DNA of 64,000 bases from Bacteroidia bacterium (GTDB lineage Bacteria; Bacteroidota; Bacteroidia; Bacteroidales; VadinHA17). Location of the stretch: positions 64,001-128,000 of the forward strand of contig JAPLDX010000056.1 in the NCBI GenBank assembly GCA_026391215.1, read 5' to 3'. Below are positions 1 through 9,000 of this stretch, one piece after another. Within the stretch, counting starts at the first letter, position 1; each line of letters starts with the position of its first letter. The position numbers and the translations under genes are program-made. The notes under the pieces are model-generated. The model ran no database searches. It was not told where the DNA came from and saw only the letters and a program-made list of their open reading frames with translations.

Positions 1-3000
1 AGAAGCTGTAAGGCCGGCCGGTGTTGCCGGCGGATTCATCAGTGTTGTAACAGTAATTGTACCCGAATTCAAGCTTGCCCCATAACTATTGGATGCGCGG
101 ACCCTGTAGTAATAAACAGTGTTCGCTGTAAGTCCGGTCACACTATAGCTGGTTACATTTCCCACATATATGTTGCTAAAGCCAGGGAGGAATGATGAAA
201 ATGTATTGCTTGTCGAAACATCCAGCTCATAACTGTTGGCATTGGGTGAGCTGTTCCAGTTTGCAGTGAAGCTTGTCTGTACAACACTGGTTGCATCAGT
301 TGCTACCGGTGCTGCAGGAATGCCAAGGGTAATGGTTTTAATCACGTTTGAATAGACGATGCTTGTTCCTCCTGCATTATATGCACGGAGCCTGTAATAG
401 TAGATAGAGCCGGAAGTAAGTCCCGAGACATTTGCGCTTGTAATATTACCCACATCCTTACTATTGTAGCCTGTTACAATCGTTGTGAAAGTTGAGTCGG
501 TTGCGATATCCAGCTTGTATCCTGTTGCCCCTGTTGAGGCTGACCAGTGAGAAGTGAAGCTGGTCTCAGCAATATTGGTTGCTGCACTGGCCACAGGAGC
601 TGCCAGAAGGTTGAACTGTCCTTCAGCAGCCCATGCACCTCCGGCATAAGCCTGGTCAATTGCCTGCACGCTCCAGTAATATTTCCCCGGAGCCAGGTTG
701 GTGATAGTGTATCCGTTACTCCTGAGTTCCGCGTTACCTATTGCCGGAATTCTACGGAATCCTGTGCTCACTGAGGCCATCGGACCAACGATACTGCTCC
801 CTCCCGCTGCAGTTCCAATGCGGATGTTATATGTAAGTGTATTCTGCGGCGTTTTGCTGTCTGTTGCCTTGTTCCAGGTAAAGCTGACCTTGTTCACGCT
901 GAGTGCAGATGCAAGCAGATTTGTCGGGGCAGATGGCACTGTATTTGCAACAATACTGTTGTTTTTGTATACTTTGGATGTATAAGATCCAGCTAATAAA
1001 ATGTCCAGATCGCCATCATTATCATAATCGCCCCAGGTTACAGAACCATAGTTTATTCCGGTTAAACCTGCATTTATGTCGGTAAAGACTCCTGCATCAT
1101 TCTTATAGATCTTTGAATAACCGGAACCTGTCAACAGAATGTCCAGGTCGCCGTCATTGTCATAATCGCCCCAGGTTACAGAACCATAGTTTATTCCGGT
1201 TAGACCTGCATTTATATCGGTAAAGATTCCTGCATCATTTTTATAGATCTTTGAATAACCACTTCCGGTCAACAGGATATCAAGGTCGCCATCATTATCA
1301 TAATCGCCCCATGCGACTGAACTGTTACTTACTCCGGCTAAACCAGCATTGATATTGGTAAAAACTCCTGTATCATTCCTGTAAATTCTTGAATCACTGT
1401 TGCCTGTTAACAGAATATCCAGGTCACCATCATTGTCATAATCCCCCCATGCAACTGAACTGGCGTTTACTCCGGTTAAACCGGCAGTGATATCGGTAAA
1501 AACTCCTGCATCATTCCTGTAGATTTTTGAAACGGAATTTGATCCGTCATAACCTGTTAATAAGATATCCAGATCGCCATCATTATCATAATCGCCCAAG
1601 GCAACTGAACCATCATATACTCCGGCTAAACCGGCATTTTTATCTGTGAAAACTCCCGCATCATTTTGGTATATATTTGATACATAAAACCAACCAGAGT
1701 TATAATATTCACCAGTCAACAGTATATCCAGATCGCCGTCGTTATCATAGTCGCCCCAGGCAACAGAACTTCTGTATACTCCTTTTAAGCCGGCAATGAT
1801 ATCCGTGAAAACTCCTGCATCGTTCCGATATATTTTTGAGATATAATTTGATCCGTCATCCCCTGTTAATAATATATCCAGATCACCATCGCTGTCATAA
1901 TCACCCCAGGCTACTGAGCCTCTATAAATTCCCGTTAAATTTAACCCAGTTTGTTCAGTAAAGGCAGGAACACTTATTTTCACTTCATTGGTAGCATATT
2001 CAATCGCATTTTTTGTCGACACACATACCACATAGTAAGTCCCGTATGAAGAAAAACCAGGCGTATATGTTGTCCCTGTGGCCCCTGTAATTGTTTGGTC
2101 ATAAGGGCCGCCGCTCACAGTTGAATATTTCCACTGTCTCGATGTTGGAGTGCTTGATTCGGTCACTGTCAGTACAGTACCGTTCTGATTGATCAGCAGG
2201 GATTGATCAGTAACGGGACTTATTGAATTTGAATAAGAAACAATGAATGAGCCTTCGGCAGCAAAAGCTGATCCTGCAAAATTATTGTCTATCGCCTGTA
2301 CGCTCCAGTAATAGGTGCCTGCCGTGAGGCTTTTTATCGTCCAGGAATTGGCTTGAGCGGCCCCTCTCTGAACTATTCTCCTGTATCCTCCAGGCAGTGC
2401 TGCCATAGGAGACTTCCTGTTCACTGAGCCTGCAATGGTTCCAATATAAACATTATATGTGAGCCCGCTCTGTGCGGTTTTTGTGTCAGTTGATTTATTC
2501 CAGCTCAATGTTACTTTGTTTGCTCCAAGGCTTGCCTGCAGGTTCGTGGGCGCTGCAGGAACAGTATTTGCGGCAGATGTGTTATTCTTGTATACTTTCG
2601 TTACACTACCTGTAGAAATTAAATAACCTGTAAGTAATACATCAAGATCTCCGTCATTGTCATAATCACCAAGGGTAACAGAAGAGTTATATACTGTTGC
2701 CAGTGAGTATCCTGTCAAAGTATTCGTAATATCAATTGTTGTATCACCGTCATTACGGTAAAACTTAGTAATATAAGAATCTAAGTTATCGTCCCAGCCG
2801 TTCAAAATAATATCCAGGTCCCCATCATTATCAAGGTCACCCCAGGCTGCAGTGCTCTCATAAATCCCGATCAATCCAGCATTCATATCTGTAAAGACAC
2901 CTGCATTATTCCTATAGATTTTTGATATGCCGCCTCCGGTAAGCAGGATATCGAGGTCACCATCGCTGTCATAATCTCCCCAGACCGCAGAACAATTGGT

Positions 3001-6000
3001 CACACCTGTCAAACCGGCATTGATATTGGTGAAAATGCCATTGTCATTCCGATAAACCAGTGAATTCCAGCTGCCAACTAACAGGATATCCAGGTCGCCA
3101 TCATTATCATAATCACCCCAGGCTGCAACTGAACCGCCGCCTGTTCCGGCTAAACCTCCATTGATATCTGTGAAAATTCCGGCATCGTTCCTGTAGATTC
3201 TCGAAATATCAGTTGATCCGTCATAGCCTGTTAATAAAATATCCAGGTCACCGTCATTATCATAATCGCCCCAGACAGCTGAACCATCCCAGATTCCGGT
3301 TAAACCTGCAGCTATATCTGTGAAAGTGCCGGCATCGTTCCTGTAGATTCTTGAAATGCCATTTGATCCTACATAACCCGTCAATAAAATATCCAGGTCA
3401 CCGTCGTTATCATAATCACCCCATGCAGCAGAGCTCCTGTATACTCCGGTTAAACCGGCACTAATATCATTATAAACGCCAAGATCATTCCTGTAGATTT
3501 TTGATATCGCTCCTGAGCCTGAGTTTCCTGTAAGTAATATATCCAGGTCTCCGTCGTTATCATAATCAGCATACGCGACCGAACCTAAATCCACCCCGGT
3601 CAAAGCGATACCTGTTTGTTCTGCAAAGGCAGGAACACTTATTTTCACCTCATTGGAAGCATATTCAATCGCATTCTTTATTGAAGCACAAACCACATAG
3701 TAGGTCCCGAATGCCGCAAAATTAGGTGTGTAGGTCGTTCCTGTGGCCCCTGAAATTGACTGATCATAAGGACCTCCGCTAACAGTCGAATATTTCCACT
3801 GCCGCGATGTCGGTGTGCTTGACTCAGTGACTGTCAGTACAGTGCCGTTCTGATTTACTCCTAAAACCTGGTCGGCTACCGGAGCAATAGAATTCGAGAA
3901 GGCAACCGTAAATGTCCCTTCAGTTGCAAAGGCTGATCCCGCAAAATTATTGTCTATTGCCTGTACGCTCCAGTAATAAGTGCCTGCGGAGAGCCTGTTA
4001 ATAGTCCAGGAATTGGTTTGAGTAGCCCCGCTCCGGACAATTCTCCTGTATCCGTCAGGCAGAGCTGCCATTGGAGATTTTTTGTTTACTGTGCCTGCAG
4101 TAGTTCCTATATAAAGATTATAAGTGAGCCCGTTCTGCGCAGTTTTTGTGTCTGTTGATTTGTTCCAGGAGAGCGTAACCTTGTTCGCTCCAAGACTTGC
4201 CTGAAGATTCGTGGGTGCTGCCGGAACGGTATTTGCCGGTGATGTGTTATTCTTGTATACCTTTGAAACACGTCCGTAAGAGCTTAAATAACCGGCCAGC
4301 AAAACATCCAGATCCCCGTCGTTGTCATAATCGCCAAGGGCCACAGAAGAGTTGTATACTGCTGCCAGTGAGTATCCTGTTAAAGTATTTGTGATATCAA
4401 TGATTGTGTCAGTGGCATTACGGTAAAACTTAGTAATATAAGAACTTAATGTATTGTTATAGCCGTTTAATATAATATCAAGGTCTCCGTCATTATCAAG
4501 GTCGCCCCAGACCGCAGTGCTCTCACTTACCCCGGTCAGGCCAGCATTGATTTCGGTGAAAATCCCTGCATTGTTGTTATAGACTTTTGATATGCCGCTT
4601 CCGGTAATCAGGATATCGAGGTCTCCATCGCTGTCATAATCGCCCCATGCAGCAGAACCATCCGAGATCCCGGTTAAATCGGCAGTAATATCTGTGAAAA
4701 TTCCTGCATCATTCCTATAGATTTTTGAAACGGAAATTGACCCGTTATAACCTGCTAATAAGATATCCAGGTCTCCATCATTATCATAATCACCCAATGC
4801 TACCGAACTTGAGCTGACTCCGGTTAAACCGGCATTGATATCTGTAAAAGTGCCTGCATCGTTCCTGTAAATCTTTGAAATATAATAGTCACCAGAATTC
4901 CAATAGTAACCTGTCAATAATATATCCAGGTCTCCATCATTATCATAGTCACCCCATGCGGCAGAACTCTCTACAACTCCTATCAAACCTGCGTTAATAT
5001 CATTATAAACGCCTAGATCATTCCTGTAAACCCTTGATAAAAAGTCCGAATTCGAGTATCCGGTCAGCAAAATATCCAGGTCACCGTCACTGTCATAATC
5101 ACCCCATACTACCGAACAATCATCTAATCCTGGTAAAGTGATCCCTGTCTGTTCTGCAAAGGCAGGAACACTTATTTTCACCTCATTGGAAGCATATTCA
5201 ATCGCATTCTTTATTGAAGCACAAACTACATAGTAGGTCCCGAATGCTGCAAAATTAGGCGTATAGGTTGTCGCTGTGGCCCCTGAAATTGTCTGATCAT
5301 AAGGACCTCCGCTTATTGTTGAATACTTCCACTGCCTCGATGTCGGTGTGCTTGACTCGGTGACTGTCAGTACAGTGCCGTTCTGATTTACTCCTAAAAC
5401 CTGATCGGCTACCGGAGCAATGGAATTCGAGAAGGCAACTGTAAATGAGCCTTCAGTTGCAAAGGTTGATCCCGCAAAATTGTTGTCTAGCGCCTGTACA
5501 CTCCAGTAATATGTACCAGCTGTAAGCTTTTTTATTGTCCAGGAATTGGTTTGAGTACCTCTCTGAACGATTCTCCGATATCCTCCGGGCAGGGCTGCCA
5601 TGGGAGATTTTTTGTTCACCGAGCCTGCAGTGGTTCCTATATATACATTATAGGTGAGAGCATTCTGCGTGGTTTTTGTATCGGTCGATTTGTTCCAGCT
5701 TAATGTTACTTTGTTTGCTCCAAGACTTGCCTGGAGATTTGTGGGTGCTGTCGGAACGGTATTCGCCGGTGATGTGTTATTCTTGTACACCTTTGAAACA
5801 CGCCCGGAAGAGCTTAGGTAACCGGCCAGTAAAACATCCAGATCCCCGTCATTGTCATAATCTCCCAGGGCCACAGAAGATGAGTACACTGCTGCGAGGG
5901 AGTATCCTGTCAGGGCATTAGTGATATCAATAGTCGTGTCTGTGTCATTACGGTAGATTTTTGCTATATAAGAACCTAAGATGTCGTCCCAACCGTTTAA

Positions 6001-9000
6001 AATAATATCAAGATCACCGTCATTATCAAGGTCACCCCAGACAGAACTGCCATTATATATCCCTGGCAAATCTGCATTGATTTCGGTGAAAACGCCTGCG
6101 TTGTTTTTATAGATTTTTGATATTCCACCTCCGGTAATCAGGATATCTAGGTCACCATCGCTGTCATAATCTCCCCAGGCAGCAGAGCCACCTGATATTC
6201 CCTGTAAACCTGCATTAATATCAGAAAAAATGCCATTGTCATTCCTGTATATTATTGAATTCCAGCTGCCCGTTAACAGGATATCCAGGTCGCTGTCATT
6301 GTCATAATCACCCCATACAACAGAACTGCCGCTGACTCCGGATAAACCTGCATTGATATCTGTGAAAACTCCTGCATCGTTCCTGTAGATTTTTGAAACA
6401 GAATTTGATCCGTCATAACCCGTTAATAAAATATCCAGGTCACCATCATTATCATAATCACCCCAGGCTACTGAACCTTCATAAACTCCGGTCAAACCTG
6501 CATTAATATCTGTAAAAGTGCCTGCATCGTTCCTGTAAATCTTCGATATATAATTCAAGCCAGAGCTATAGTATCCACCTGTCAATAATAAATCCAGGTC
6601 GCCATCATTATCGTAATCACCCCATGCAGCAGCACTCCATTCAACTCCTGTTAAACCTGCGTTAATATCATTATAAACGCCGAGATCATTCCTGTAAATC
6701 CTGGAAATATATCCCGAATTCGAGTATCCTGTCAGTAAAATATCCAGGTCGCCATCGTAATCATAATCACCCCATACTACCGAACAATTATCTACACCTG
6801 TTAAAGCGATCCCTTTCTGTTCTGCAAAGGCAGAAACACTTATTTTCACCTCATTGGTCGCATAATCAATCGCATTTTTTGACGATACACAAACCACATA
6901 GTAGGTACCGAATGCAGAGAAATTAGGCGTATAGGTTGTTGCTGTGGCTCCTGAAATTGACTGATCATAAGGGCCTCCGCTTACTGTCGAATACTTCCAC
7001 TGCCTCGATGTCGGTGTGCTTGACTCAGTAACTGTCAGTAAAGCGCCGTTCTGATTTATTCCTAAAACCTGATCTGCCTCAGGAGCAATGGAATTTGTGA
7101 AGGCAATCGTAAATGAGCCTTCAGTTGCAAAGGCTGATCCTGAAAAATTGTTGTCTATCGCCTGTACGCTCCAGTAATATGTGGCTGCTGTAAGCTTTTT
7201 TATTGCCCATGAATTGTTTTGAGTACCTCTTTGGACTATTCTCCTGTATCCTCCGGGAAGGGCTGCCATTGGGGATTTTTTGTTCACCGAGCCTGCAGTT
7301 GTTCCTATATATACATTATAGGTGAGTCCGTCCTGTGCGGTTTTTGAGTCTGTTGATTTGGTCCAGCTTAATGTCACCTTGTTCGATCCAAGACTTGCCT
7401 GGAGATTCGATGGAACCGCTGGAACAACATTTGCGGTCAGAGAATTATTTTTATAGATCTTCGAAATATAACCTGAAGAGCCACTACCGGTCAGTATTAT
7501 GTCAAGATCGCCGTCGTTATCATAATCGCCCCAGGCTGCTGAGCTGTTAGAAGCTCCTTCAATCGGTTCCTCAATATCAGTAAAAACACCGCTGTCATTC
7601 CGGAATATTTTGGAATAACCGGCACCTGTCAGCAGAATATCCAGGTCACCATCATTATCATAGTCGCCCCAGGTTGCAGAACCATAGTTTATTTCAGCTA
7701 AACCTGCATCTATTCCGGTGAAGACTCCTGCATTGTTGTTATAGATCTTTGATACGCCGCTTCCGGTAAGCAGGATATCGAGGTCACCATCGCTATCATA
7801 ATCTCCCCAGGCAGCAGAACCACCGTATGTTCCTTCCAACCCTGCATTAATATCGGTGAAAATGCCATTGTCGTTCCGGTATATTTTTGAATTCCAGCCG
7901 CCTACTAACAGGATATCCAGGTCACCATCGTTATCATAATCGCCCCATGTAACAGAACCATAACTGACTCCGGTTAAACCAGCATTGATATCGGTAAAAA
8001 CGCCTGCATCGTTCCTGTAAACCTTTGAAATAATATGCCATTCAGTGTCATAATATTCACCAGTTAATAATATATCCAGATCACCGTCGTTGTCATAATC
8101 GCCCCAGGCTACTGAACTGCCGTTAACTCCGGTCAAACCTGCACTGATATCCGTGAAAACACCTGCATCGTTCCTGTATATTATTGAAACATAATTTGAT
8201 CCGCTATGGCCTGATAATAAAATATCCAGGTCGCCATCATTATCATAGTCGCCCCATGCGACAGAACTCCTGTACACTCCTGTTAAGCCAACACTGTCAT
8301 CCGTGAAAACACCTGCATCGTTCCGGTATATTTTTGAGCTGTAACCTGATCCGTTATCACCAGCCAATAAAATATCCAGATCACCGTCGCTGTCATAATC
8401 ACCCCAGGCTACAGAGCCTCTATTAATTCCCGTTAAACTTATCCCTGAGGGTTCAACAAAGGCAGGAACACTTATTTTCACTTCATTGGTCGTATATTCA
8501 ATTGCACTTTTTGTAGCCACACATACTACATAGTAATTCCCAAATACTGAAAAATTAGGCGTGTAGGTTGTCCCTGTGGCCCCTGCAATTGTCTGATTAT
8601 AGGGACCGCCGCTCACAGTGGAATATTTCCATTGTCTCGATGCAGGGGTGCTTGATTCAGTCACTGTAAGTACAGAGCCGTTTTGATTTAGCTTCAATAT
8701 CTGAGCCGTATCAGGAGAAATGGAATTCGAGAAGACAACAGTAAATGAGCCCTCAGTTGCAAAAGCCGATCCTGCAAAATTATGGTCTATTGCCTGTACA
8801 CTCCAGTAATATGTTCCTGCTGCAAGCTTTTTTGGCATCCAATTATTTCCCTGGATCAATCCTCTCTGGACAATTCTCCTGTATCCACCTGGCAGGGCTG
8901 CCATGGGAGATTTTTTGTTAATTGTTCCGGCAGCAGCGCCAATATAAAGATTATACGAAAGACCATCCTGGGGTGTTTGTATATCTGTTGTTTTGCTCCA

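Noticed and set aside
1681-8100. Diversity-generating retroelement acting on the variable loops
   Set aside because: No reverse transcriptase or template repeat in the window; the differences include length changes and are not adenine-restricted.
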